Positions 8,535 through 17,274 of a DNA stretch of 64,000 nt are shown in pieces (the stretch's first letter is position 1; the number at the start of each line of letters is the position of its first letter). A program made the position numbers and the translations under genes. The stretch is from a virus. The stretch is taken from IMG/VR virus record IMGVR_UViG_3300025276_000022. One strand, 5' to 3'. Below the pieces are notes generated by a model that was not told where the DNA came from, ran no database searches, and saw nothing but the letters and a program-made list of their open reading frames with translations.

Positions 8535-9665
8535 ATGATCAAAGAATTTCTTAACGTTCTTAGTGATTCACTTCTAGGCGATAAGTCAGAGGCAGAGAAA
8601 GGTTCGGCGACTCCTCTTCACACCGTTATGTCTAATCCTAACAAGTTGACATATCCGCTCAACGATCAAGAGAGATATGGTGCAAACATAACCTTCAAGA
8701 TATTTGAGATAGTCCCTCCTTCCCTGAAAGGTGCACCCGATGCTGTCAGTGAACTTTTAGGTGCCGGAGAAAATAGTGATTCCAGATATCGAGAGTTGAA
8801 TGAAGAAAGTAAGGATATTGAAAAAAGGTATGCCAGCGGCGAGTTATTGTATCGAGAATATAGAGATGCACAGGCTAGGGTCAGTAATGCTATGGACGTT
8901 AGATACGTTGAGAAACATGGCAAAGAAAGTCCTATGGAGTATTCCGATAGAAGCATAGAAGACACCGGAAACATGGTCAAGATATATCTACCTATCGCAT
9001 TCACCCAAGCGGATGGATTGAACTATGCATCTCCTGAACTAGGGCCCATGGGTGCAGCTGGCTTAGCCGGATTGAGTCAAGGTAAAGGTGTCCTCGAAGC
9101 TCTAAAAGAAGCTACCGAGAAAGGGTTCTCTAACCTGTCCGACATGGTACTTGGTAACCTACAAGGTGCTGCCGCAGGACTCGCATTACAACGAACTGCA
9201 GCTGCAGTTAATGGTACCGCCGGCAATGCTACTTCTCTTGCATTTGGTGTAACGGTGAACCCTAATACAAGAACTGTATTTAAGGGTGTCAATATTCGTG
9301 AGTTCTCATTCCAGTTCAAGTTCATTCCCAAGTCAGCGATGGAAGCGAAAGAAGTCGAAAAAATTATAAAACGATTTCGTAGTTACGCATACCCAGACCC
9401 AATACGAGTTGGTGGAATAAGTGCAGGATACAAGTACCCACACATGTTCGAGTTGGATCTATTCTACGAGAACGATGCTGGGATCAAAAAACGTATCGGT
9501 ACTAAGATGAAGAAATGTCATCTGAAAGCACTTTCTACTAGTTACAACTCAAGTAGTATGGTGTACCATGCTGACGGATACCCTGTCGAGATTGATCTAT
9601 CTCTTAACTTTGTAGAAGAGAGAACACTAAACCGCGAAGATATTATGGATGAGGATGGTTTCTAA
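8535..9665 (+). CDS. 48: baseplate tail-tube cap gp48
   Basis: IYLPI, VNPNT..FKGV..REFSFQFKFIPKS..EA..V..II..FR, G.PVEIDLSL.F.E. Confidence 0.88.
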   Translation: MIKEFLNVLSDSLLGDKSEAEKGSATPLHTVMSNPNKLTYPLNDQERYGANITFKIFEIVPPSLKGAPDAVSELLGAGENSDSRYRELNEESKDIEKRYASGELLYREYRDAQARVSNAMDVRYVEKHGKESPMEYSDRSIEDTGNMVKIYLPIAFTQADGLNYASPELGPMGAAGLAGLSQGKGVLEALKEATEKGFSNLSDMVLGNLQGAAAGLALQRTAAAVNGTAGNATSLAFGVTVNPNTRTVFKGVNIREFSFQFKFIPKSAMEAKEVEKIIKRFRSYAYPDPIRVGGISAGYKYPHMFELDLFYENDAGIKKRIGTKMKKCHLKALSTSYNSSSMVYHADGYPVEIDLSLNFVEERTLNREDIMDEDGF

Positions 9666-10387
9666 TGTCATACTTTAACGATTTCCCATTACAGTTCTAT
9701 TCCTTCGGTGACGGAGAAGAAACTGCACTGGTACAAAACCTTGCCGTCTATGTAGATATTCTGGACGACATCAAAATGAACTCTGCTTTTTATCAAGACT
9801 ATAATATACAGGGTGGCGAGAGACCAGACCAGACTGCATTTATGTTGTACAAGAACCCACACATGCATTGGACGTTCTACTTTATGAACGATAAGATACG
9901 TGAACAAGGTTGGCCAGTAGCATACAATGATGTCGTCAAACGAGTTAAATCCGATTACCCTGATTATGTACTTACCACACAAGACTCCATACACAGTATC
10001 CTCTCGATAGGGGACACTATAACTGGTGCCATGAGTCAAGCGGTAGGTATCATTAAGTACAAGAACCTAGACCTAGGACAGATCTACGTAGAGGTTCAGG
10101 GCAATGTGAAGTTTCAACAAAGTGAGATGGTAGTGTCTAACACGGACATTGATGAACACGTCGACCTCATCGCAGCGACTCAGGGTTACCTTGCAACACA
10201 TCACTATGAAGTGAATGGCGAACATGTAGACTTGGATCTAACGGACATGAGTGTACCCACGAATGCGGTACCCGTAACCAACCTAGACTCCTACCTAAAT
10301 GATAACGACAAGTTGAAACAAATACGTGTTATCACTCCAAGAGAAATCAATACAGTACAACAATTGTTTAAAGAAGCCTTGAGGTAA
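9665..10387 (+). CDS. 53: baseplate wedge gp53
   Basis: MSYF..FP...Y, Y.IQGGERPDQ.A..LY....HW, ND....I.VI. Confidence 0.88.
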   Translation: MSYFNDFPLQFYSFGDGEETALVQNLAVYVDILDDIKMNSAFYQDYNIQGGERPDQTAFMLYKNPHMHWTFYFMNDKIREQGWPVAYNDVVKRVKSDYPDYVLTTQDSIHSILSIGDTITGAMSQAVGIIKYKNLDLGQIYVEVQGNVKFQQSEMVVSNTDIDEHVDLIAATQGYLATHHYEVNGEHVDLDLTDMSVPTNAVPVTNLDSYLNDNDKLKQIRVITPREINTVQQLFKEALR

Positions 10388-10389
10388 TA

Positions 10390-11694
10390 ATGTCCAACGA
10401 TGCTAATAATCTAGTTAATATCGAATCTGTTATAATTGAACAGAAAGAATCTAAGTTATCTACTGAGATAGCGAATGGGGTTTCTGATATTGATATATTC
10501 GAGCATTTAGATAAACCTTACCTAACTGCTGTATTGGGTTATACCGACAGGGACAGTGTCGTCTCTCTTATGAATATCTCTGGCGGAGAAAAGATACATA
10601 TCAAACTAAAGAGTAACCGCCCTCAAACTGTAAGTGTTTCCAAAACATTCTTCATCGATAAAATAATCCTATCCGATAAGAGTACAGAGTTATCAGAACT
10701 CTATGTGTTCCATTTGATAGAAGACATTGGGTACATGTCTAACCTAAAAAATGTGAACCAACCTTACAGTGGTAAACCTAATGAGATAATCGAATTGATC
10801 GCCAAGGACTTTCTCGATACCACGGTCGTACACACAGGCCAAGTCCATCAATCGATGAAGGTCATTATACCTAACCTAACTCCGATCGATGCTATGTGCT
10901 GGATAAAGAACCGAGCCTCTACTGGGGATGGGTATCCATACTACCTATATTCCACACTAGTCGACAAAGAACTACAGATGAGAGATTTGCACTCTCTTAT
11001 GACACCAGTCTCAATGAATCCCAAGACCCCTTATTCTTTCACTGGAGCCTCTCTTGCTGAATCGAGTTCAGATCGTACAACATCTGATCGTACCATTGTT
11101 AGGTATCAATCAAAGAATACAGAGAACCTGTTCAAACTGATACAGGAAGGTCTCATTGGTTCGGAGTACAGCTACATAAACGTGACTAAGAATAAGGTAG
11201 ACACGTTCTCATTTAATGTAGATACTGAGGTGATTACACGACTGAAGACTGATAATATCATTAACAAGGGTACACCGTTGTTTGACAATAGTAAGTACAA
11301 AGATATCACAGCTGATATGAAGAGTAGAAGTATAAGTCAGATAGGTAGTTCATCTGCGTACGATGACGGCAACAAGTCTTACTCAGAGAGTGAAGAGGTA
11401 GCACAGTACAAGTTTAACATCATTAACCGAGCAATGACTCATATGTTAACTAAGAGTAAGATAGACTTTGTGCTTGAAGGTACAGAGTTCTTGGACGGTA
11501 ATGCTAACAAAACGCTGGGTAGAAAGATATCTCTCAGGTTTCTACGTAACAAACTAGAGGAAAGTTCTGCTAACATATATGACCGTAAGAAGTCCGGTGA
11601 CTTTCTCATCTTTGCATGTAAACATTCTATATCACGGAATTCATACTATGTGACAATGTCTGGTGTGAAACTATCTAATGGAGAGGTACAATGA
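10390..11694 (+). CDS. baseplate hub protein (gp27/late-control-D-like)
   Basis: IDIFEHLDKPYLTA, IIPNLTP, D...SG.FLI...KH; lies between gp53 and gp5. Confidence 0.65.
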   Translation: MSNDANNLVNIESVIIEQKESKLSTEIANGVSDIDIFEHLDKPYLTAVLGYTDRDSVVSLMNISGGEKIHIKLKSNRPQTVSVSKTFFIDKIILSDKSTELSELYVFHLIEDIGYMSNLKNVNQPYSGKPNEIIELIAKDFLDTTVVHTGQVHQSMKVIIPNLTPIDAMCWIKNRASTGDGYPYYLYSTLVDKELQMRDLHSLMTPVSMNPKTPYSFTGASLAESSSDRTTSDRTIVRYQSKNTENLFKLIQEGLIGSEYSYINVTKNKVDTFSFNVDTEVITRLKTDNIINKGTPLFDNSKYKDITADMKSRSISQIGSSSAYDDGNKSYSESEEVAQYKFNIINRAMTHMLTKSKIDFVLEGTEFLDGNANKTLGRKISLRFLRNKLEESSANIYDRKKSGDFLIFACKHSISRNSYYVTMSGVKLSNGEVQ

Positions 11695-12320
11695 TCCCCA
11701 GTGACTTTATTGAATACTATGGAGACCAGACTCGTTGGTTCCTTGGTGAGGTTGTCAATGTAAAGAACGACCCATTGAAATTAGGCCGCGTACGTGTGAG
11801 GGTAGTTGGGGTACATGATGACAAAAAACTCATCAAAGATGCTGACCTACCTTGGGCACAGATCGTTGTACCTGTTACACAAGGTGTACATGAAGGTAAG
11901 GGACAGTACCTAGGTATCCTAGTGGGTACACAAGTGTTCGGTATCTTCTTGGACGGACAGAACTCTCAGTTACCTATGGTGATTGGTACTGTACCTAAAG
12001 AAGGTGATGCGAACCCTAAGGCGGATGCCAACTATCCTACCAACAAAGTGTACGAGACAGAGACCGGACACTATAAAGAGTATGATGATACGGCTGGTGC
12101 TGAACGTATTAAAGAAGCACACAAGTCTGGTACTTACTATGAGATGCAAGCGGACGGTTCTATTGTTACGTTCATCACTAAAGACAACTACTCAATAGTA
12201 CTTGGAGACGAGTCGGTAACAATCGCTGGTAAGGTAACTATTAATGTCGGTGGTGATGTTGATCTAACTGCGGGCGGTACAGTCTCTATCAATGCTAAAA
12301 ACCTTAAACTGAACTCGTAA
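11691..12320 (+). CDS. 5: baseplate central spike gp5 (OB fold + short beta-helix, no lysozyme domain)
   Basis: WFLGEVV...DPLKLGRVRVRV.G.H, LPWA, VFG.FLDG...Q.PMVIG, YP.NKVYETE.GH..EYDDT.GAERI...H.SGT. Confidence 0.9.
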   Translation: MIPSDFIEYYGDQTRWFLGEVVNVKNDPLKLGRVRVRVVGVHDDKKLIKDADLPWAQIVVPVTQGVHEGKGQYLGILVGTQVFGIFLDGQNSQLPMVIGTVPKEGDANPKADANYPTNKVYETETGHYKEYDDTAGAERIKEAHKSGTYYEMQADGSIVTFITKDNYSIVLGDESVTIAGKVTINVGGDVDLTAGGTVSINAKNLKLNS

Positions 12321-13516
12321 TGGCATATCAGTTACCGTGCGATGGATCAACTCTACCTACCAAGGCTGCGTTCGTTCAGATATACAATGATATCTGTATG
12401 GTACCTAGTAAGTTGAAGGCGTACTCGGTAGAGAACCCCGACCTAGACGCAGAGGCAAAGAAGAAGATAGAGGATGTCACCAAACAGGTCGAAGACTTCG
12501 TTGAGGCACAGTCTCTAATACTATCTCCGTACTGGCAGAAAGGACAGATACGTAACTGGCAGAAAGAAGCTAACGATGCATGGTCGGAACTGATCGACGA
12601 GTTTCACATGTACATCCCAGTTAAGATGCTTGATGTGATATCGAGTGTAGTCCCCGTGGACTTCGAAGTGACCGTTATGGGTATAGAGGTTGACTTACTC
12701 AAGATACTGGATAAAAAAGAACAAGAGAGTATCAAGAAACAAATCACCGATGAGGTAGATAAGTACTATGCTCTGGTACCCGAAGGATATCAGTACTATA
12801 AAGGTGAGTTCGGTGTTGAGTGTGATGAGTGGAAGGGTAAACTTACTTGGGCATATTTTAAAAACAAGTTGGTCAATTTATGCACTAACCTATTACATTC
12901 TACCTTCGGGGCATTGATTGATGCATTCAAAGAGATCTGGGATACCTTGGGTCTACCTAGTATACCTGTTATATCAGAGTTTGATGTAGAGACCTTTATA
13001 CGTGAGCAGATAGACGCATTCAAAGAACAAGCGAAAGGTGAACTGGCCAGAATCAAAGCACAGTTAGAAAAACTCGAAGAAGATGCAAAGACATCAACGG
13101 GTGATATTAAGAAACAGATAGATGACCAGATTGTTAAAATAAAAGATGATATCGCAAACTTCACGGTCAATGGGTTCATCGTCGATCAACTCAAAGGGGT
13201 GTCCTTGTTCGGTATGTCTCTTCTGGATATCATTGGGGGTGAGATCGATACCAATGTGGTAGTACCGGAAGACCAGATAAACGAAATGGTACGTGCGGCT
13301 AGAGATTGGTTCATACAATGGCAGAAAGAACTGATCAACCTATGGATCAAGAAGATCAAGTCGTTCCTAGACGCAATCGGATTAGGTTCACTACTTGACT
13401 TCCTAACACTAACATTCTGTGATGTATTGGAGCTGATCGGAGTTCCTTTGTCAATAGATTTAACACTACCTGAATTACCTGAAATTGGAGAGGTCATACC
13501 TAATGGCATACAGTGA
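12320..13516 (+). CDS. hypothetical protein downstream of gp5 (probably baseplate-associated)
   Basis: 398-aa ORF translationally coupled to gp5; no family recognised. Confidence 0.65.
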   Translation: MAYQLPCDGSTLPTKAAFVQIYNDICMVPSKLKAYSVENPDLDAEAKKKIEDVTKQVEDFVEAQSLILSPYWQKGQIRNWQKEANDAWSELIDEFHMYIPVKMLDVISSVVPVDFEVTVMGIEVDLLKILDKKEQESIKKQITDEVDKYYALVPEGYQYYKGEFGVECDEWKGKLTWAYFKNKLVNLCTNLLHSTFGALIDAFKEIWDTLGLPSIPVISEFDVETFIREQIDAFKEQAKGELARIKAQLEKLEEDAKTSTGDIKKQIDDQIVKIKDDIANFTVNGFIVDQLKGVSLFGMSLLDIIGGEIDTNVVVPEDQINEMVRAARDWFIQWQKELINLWIKKIKSFLDAIGLGSLLDFLTLTFCDVLELIGVPLSIDLTLPELPEIGEVIPNGIQ

Positions 13517-13907
13517 GAAGCTACTAGATCATTACGAGAACCCTAGGAACGTCGGAGTGATGGACGAGAAGTCTGTTAACGTCGGAACAGGTATGGTGGG
13601 TGCACCAGCATGCGGTGATGTTATGCGACTACAGATACTAGTGAACGATGACGGTATCATAGAAGACGCGAAGTTCAAGACCTATGGTTGCGGATCAGCA
13701 ATTGCATCTAGTTCGTTACTGACCGAATGGGTCAAGGGTAAACACTTAGATGATGCAATGCTAATAAAGAATACCGATCTAGCATTGGAGTTAGCATTAC
13801 CTCCAGTAAAAATACATTGTTCGGTACTGGCAGAAGATGCTATTAAGACTGCCATTAGAGATATTAAAAGTAAAAGGAAGGTATTCAGTTAAGATTACCT
13901 GAAATTG
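13474..13907 (+). repeat. 14-bp direct repeat ATTACCTGAAATTG flanking iscU
   Basis: identical copies at 13474-13487 and 13894-13907. Confidence 0.9.
13503..13892 (+). CDS. iscU: Fe-S cluster scaffold IscU (auxiliary metabolic gene)
   Basis: MAYSEK..DHYENPRNVG, GAPACGDVM, FKTYGCGSAIASSS, LPPVKIHC: three Cys, the Asp, the His and the HscA-binding LPPVK motif all present; GGAGAGG SD. Confidence 0.97.
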   Translation: MAYSEKLLDHYENPRNVGVMDEKSVNVGTGMVGAPACGDVMRLQILVNDDGIIEDAKFKTYGCGSAIASSSLLTEWVKGKHLDDAMLIKNTDLALELALPPVKIHCSVLAEDAIKTAIRDIKSKRKVFS

Positions 13908-13922
13908 ATGTTGCAGTTTATG

Positions 13923-13930
13923 TATAAATA
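13923..13930 (+). promoter_or_regulatory. T4-type late promoter
   Basis: TATAAATA upstream of gp25. Confidence 0.85.
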
Positions 13931-13952
13931 GTATGAAAAGAGTTAAACCATT

Positions 13953-14396
13953 ATGGCAAAAGCATTCTCGATAGAAGACGGTAACCTACAGAACAAACCG
14001 ATCACAACCTCGATCGATCGTATCAATAAAGATATCGACTGTTCTTTCATACCGAATCCTACTACAGGCGACATCTACAAGAAGACAGATGCTAACGCAG
14101 TCCGTCAATCTGTAAAGAACCTCTTAATGACAGAGAAGGGGTCTATGCCATTTCGTCCGTATTATGGTGCAGGGTTGGACGGTATACTATTCTCCCTATC
14201 TACCGACTTGGACGAGGAAGACATAGTGTCACGAGTACGTTCTACCATAGCCAACTATGAACCTAGAGCGGAACTACAAGATGTAAAGGTTACTATTAGA
14301 CCAGATTATAATTCGGCAGACCTAACGATAATATTTGGTGTGGTTAATACCACCAAAGTTGTCACACTAGGTCTAACTATTGCAAGGGCAAGATAA
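13953..14396 (+). CDS. 25: baseplate wedge gp25
   Basis: AVRQSVKNLLMT..G..PF.P..G, I.NYEPR. Confidence 0.92.
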   Translation: MAKAFSIEDGNLQNKPITTSIDRINKDIDCSFIPNPTTGDIYKKTDANAVRQSVKNLLMTEKGSMPFRPYYGAGLDGILFSLSTDLDEEDIVSRVRSTIANYEPRAELQDVKVTIRPDYNSADLTIIFGVVNTTKVVTLGLTIARAR

Positions 14397-16247
14397 ATGA
14401 CTATTAATACTTCTGACTTAGATTTTTATGATATCAAGTCCAAACTAAAGACATACTTCCGAAATAGTGGGGAGTTTGAGGACTATGATTTTGATGCGAG
14501 TGGTCTGTCTAACATTCTAGATGTACTAGCATACAATACCCATATCAATGGTCTTATCGCTAACATGTCTATCAACGAGTCGTTTCTAAGTACCTCTCAG
14601 TTACGTTCGTCTGTTATATCCCATGCAGAGAGTCTAGGGTACTTCCCTAAGTCCGTTACTGCTGCTCGTGCTAAGGTTGATGTGACCATCACGATACCAA
14701 CACCCCCTTCAACCTTTACCCTACCTAGGGGTACAAGTTTCTTTGCTTCTATTGATGAGACCAACTATGAGTTCTTCACTATAGAGAATTATAGTGCGGT
14801 CAAGGCCGTGGATAGTAATACATTCACCTTCACTGGAGTAACTCTAGTAGAAGGTAAGAATAAATCCAAAACCTTCCTTGCTGATAAAAACATCGATGTA
14901 CCTTACGTAATACCGGAAAGCACTATAGACACTTCTACCATGTTGGTCAACGTGTTCCCTAATGGTACAACTAACCTGTCTAACATATACCTAAACATTA
15001 AAGAGGTTGCTACTATTGACGACAACTCTCGTGTGTACATGGTACGTGAGTCACATAATGGTAACTACGAGATTGTATTTGGAGACGGGAACGTATTAGG
15101 AACTAGACCAGAAACGGGTAACGTTATTAAGGTAGACTATATTGCGACTCACGGAGCAGCTGCAAACGGTGCAAAACTGTTCTCCCTAAATGAGTATACT
15201 GGTACAGACTACGTAGTGAATGTAACTACAGTTTCTAATTCTGCTGGTGGTTCAGGTATCGAGTCTATACAGTCGATCAAGTTGAATGCTCCTCTTGCAT
15301 ACTCTGCGCAGAACCGATTGGTTACCGCAGAAGATTACTCAGGTATGATTCAAAGTAAGTATGGTGCATATGTTAAGGACGTGGCGACATGGGGTGGTAA
15401 CGACAACGTTCCCCCACAGTACGGTAAAGTATTCGTCAGTCTAAACTTCCTAGATGGTGTGGACGACTCTTCTAAGATAATGGTCGAAGGAATGATTAAA
15501 GATCAATTGACTTCTAATCTATCTATCATGTCTATTGATACGGTGTTCGTTAAACCTCAGATCACTAACCTAGAATTAAGGACATCCTTCAACATAGATC
15601 CTATTAAAAATACGACAACCGAAGAAGTCCTAGAGACACAGGTCAATGAACTTATCCAAAGTTACATGAGCGTTAATCTGAACCAATTCAATTCAGTGTT
15701 CCGACGTTCGAATATATTAACATCGATAGACAATCTCTCTAGTGCTATTCTAAACTCTAGGATGGATGTTAAGGTACAGCAAACAATCAATATTACTGAA
15801 CTGGTTGCAGATCTTGAAGCAGCTCAGGTAGCAGCAGGTATCGCGTTCGACACATACATCGAACAGGACTATACACTTAATTTCCCAGTCATTTTAGCTG
15901 CAGCAGATAAAGACGAACATATAATAACGACGACCATATTCAAGTCGAAGGGTCAGAACGTATTGATAAATAATGTAATTGGTTCAACCCGACTACAAGT
16001 AGTAGATCTAGAGGGTGTTGTAAAGATACCTAATATAGGTTCATATGATCCTGCCAAGGGTAAGGTTGTCATAAATGCATTACGCGTGGACAAGTCTGGG
16101 TACTTAGGTGATGGTATAAAGGTAAGCGCAACCCCTGCAAACCAGAGCACAATTAATCCACTGAGAAACTATATCTTCAGTTTGGATAGCGAAACATCTA
16201 CCACCGACGGTAAAGTCGATTCCGGAGTCACTAAGGTTATATTGTAA
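14397..16247 (+). CDS. 6: baseplate wedge gp6
   Basis: LDF..IK..LK.Y, F.DYDF..SGLS.ILDVLAYNTH, FGDG.LG, AQNRLVTAEDY, WGG.DN.PPQYGKVF. Confidence 0.95.
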   Translation: MTINTSDLDFYDIKSKLKTYFRNSGEFEDYDFDASGLSNILDVLAYNTHINGLIANMSINESFLSTSQLRSSVISHAESLGYFPKSVTAARAKVDVTITIPTPPSTFTLPRGTSFFASIDETNYEFFTIENYSAVKAVDSNTFTFTGVTLVEGKNKSKTFLADKNIDVPYVIPESTIDTSTMLVNVFPNGTTNLSNIYLNIKEVATIDDNSRVYMVRESHNGNYEIVFGDGNVLGTRPETGNVIKVDYIATHGAAANGAKLFSLNEYTGTDYVVNVTTVSNSAGGSGIESIQSIKLNAPLAYSAQNRLVTAEDYSGMIQSKYGAYVKDVATWGGNDNVPPQYGKVFVSLNFLDGVDDSSKIMVEGMIKDQLTSNLSIMSIDTVFVKPQITNLELRTSFNIDPIKNTTTEEVLETQVNELIQSYMSVNLNQFNSVFRRSNILTSIDNLSSAILNSRMDVKVQQTINITELVADLEAAQVAAGIAFDTYIEQDYTLNFPVILAAADKDEHIITTTIFKSKGQNVLINNVIGSTRLQVVDLEGVVKIPNIGSYDPAKGKVVINALRVDKSGYLGDGIKVSATPANQSTINPLRNYIFSLDSETSTTDGKVDSGVTKVIL

Positions 16248-17185
16248 TGTCACAGTTTCTCGCCAATCAGTACAGAACGAATACTAAGTTCCACCAGAAT
16301 AATGTAACTCAGATTCTTCCGGAATTCTATCAAGAAGAATACCCTGATCTTATTAGATTCATAGAGGCGTATTACGACTATACTGGAGAAGATGGTTCTG
16401 CTTCATTCAACGATCAAATTCAAAACTTATTCGATTTAAGAAACATATCATCAACTGATATAAAACATCTAGATCTTTTAATAGGAGAGATAAGTAGTGG
16501 TTTAGAATCGTCTTCATTCTATCAGAATCCTCGGTTGATGACTCGGCTTCTTTCGGATCTATATCGTGCTAAAGGTACACAGATATCCGCAGAGCATTTC
16601 TTTAAAGCATTCTTCAACGAAGATATTGAAGTAACTTACCCAAAGAAAGATATCTTCATATTGAATGATAAATTGGGTGGTTCTTTAGTAGGGCCGGGAT
16701 CATTACATTATATTCAAGACGATAAGAGGTATCAGATATTTTCAGTTCTTTTGAAAACAGGTATATCCTTTAGTGATTACGAAGATCTCTACAAGAAGTT
16801 GGTTCACCCAGCTGGATTCCATTTAGCAGCAGACGTAGTAATCCAAAGCTTGGGAGTAATTAATGTTCGTGCTGGATTGACGACAGATCCACTTGCACCA
16901 TCTGAAGCTCCACTATACCTTGTCAGTCACGCTTCCCCTCTTGCTGATACACAATATGCATTGTTGACTATGAATGAGACGGATGCGACAGACGCGGAGT
17001 TTATTCTCAGTTCTGCGAAGATACTAGACCAGTATCAATATTTGACTCTAGAAAGAATGGAAGAAATTTACGGAACTATTGCAGAATGGGCATCCCCAAC
17101 TTCCGTATCTATGGCGAATCAAAATATATACATGTCGGATAATGCATTTTCCACTGATGCTGACGAAGCAGAAACAACCTTATAA
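16247..17185 (+). CDS. baseplate wedge subunit (short gp7-like)
   Basis: LP.F....YP....F..AYY, LYRAKGT..S...FF, IQD...YQ.FS, KLVHPAGF. Confidence 0.75.
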   Translation: MSQFLANQYRTNTKFHQNNVTQILPEFYQEEYPDLIRFIEAYYDYTGEDGSASFNDQIQNLFDLRNISSTDIKHLDLLIGEISSGLESSSFYQNPRLMTRLLSDLYRAKGTQISAEHFFKAFFNEDIEVTYPKKDIFILNDKLGGSLVGPGSLHYIQDDKRYQIFSVLLKTGISFSDYEDLYKKLVHPAGFHLAADVVIQSLGVINVRAGLTTDPLAPSEAPLYLVSHASPLADTQYALLTMNETDATDAEFILSSAKILDQYQYLTLERMEEIYGTIAEWASPTSVSMANQNIYMSDNAFSTDADEAETTL

Positions 17186-17274
17186 GAGTAGTAGTTGCAT
17201 AAACAATACGGATATACTAATTCTGGTATCTTAATATGTACCATATAAAAACAAATAAAATTTAGGAAAATGTA

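Noticed and set aside
13503-13892. iscU as host contamination or chimeric assembly
   Set aside because: It is embedded between phage baseplate genes with no other isc genes and overlaps the upstream phage ORF; read-level confirmation is still advisable given the flanking repeat.
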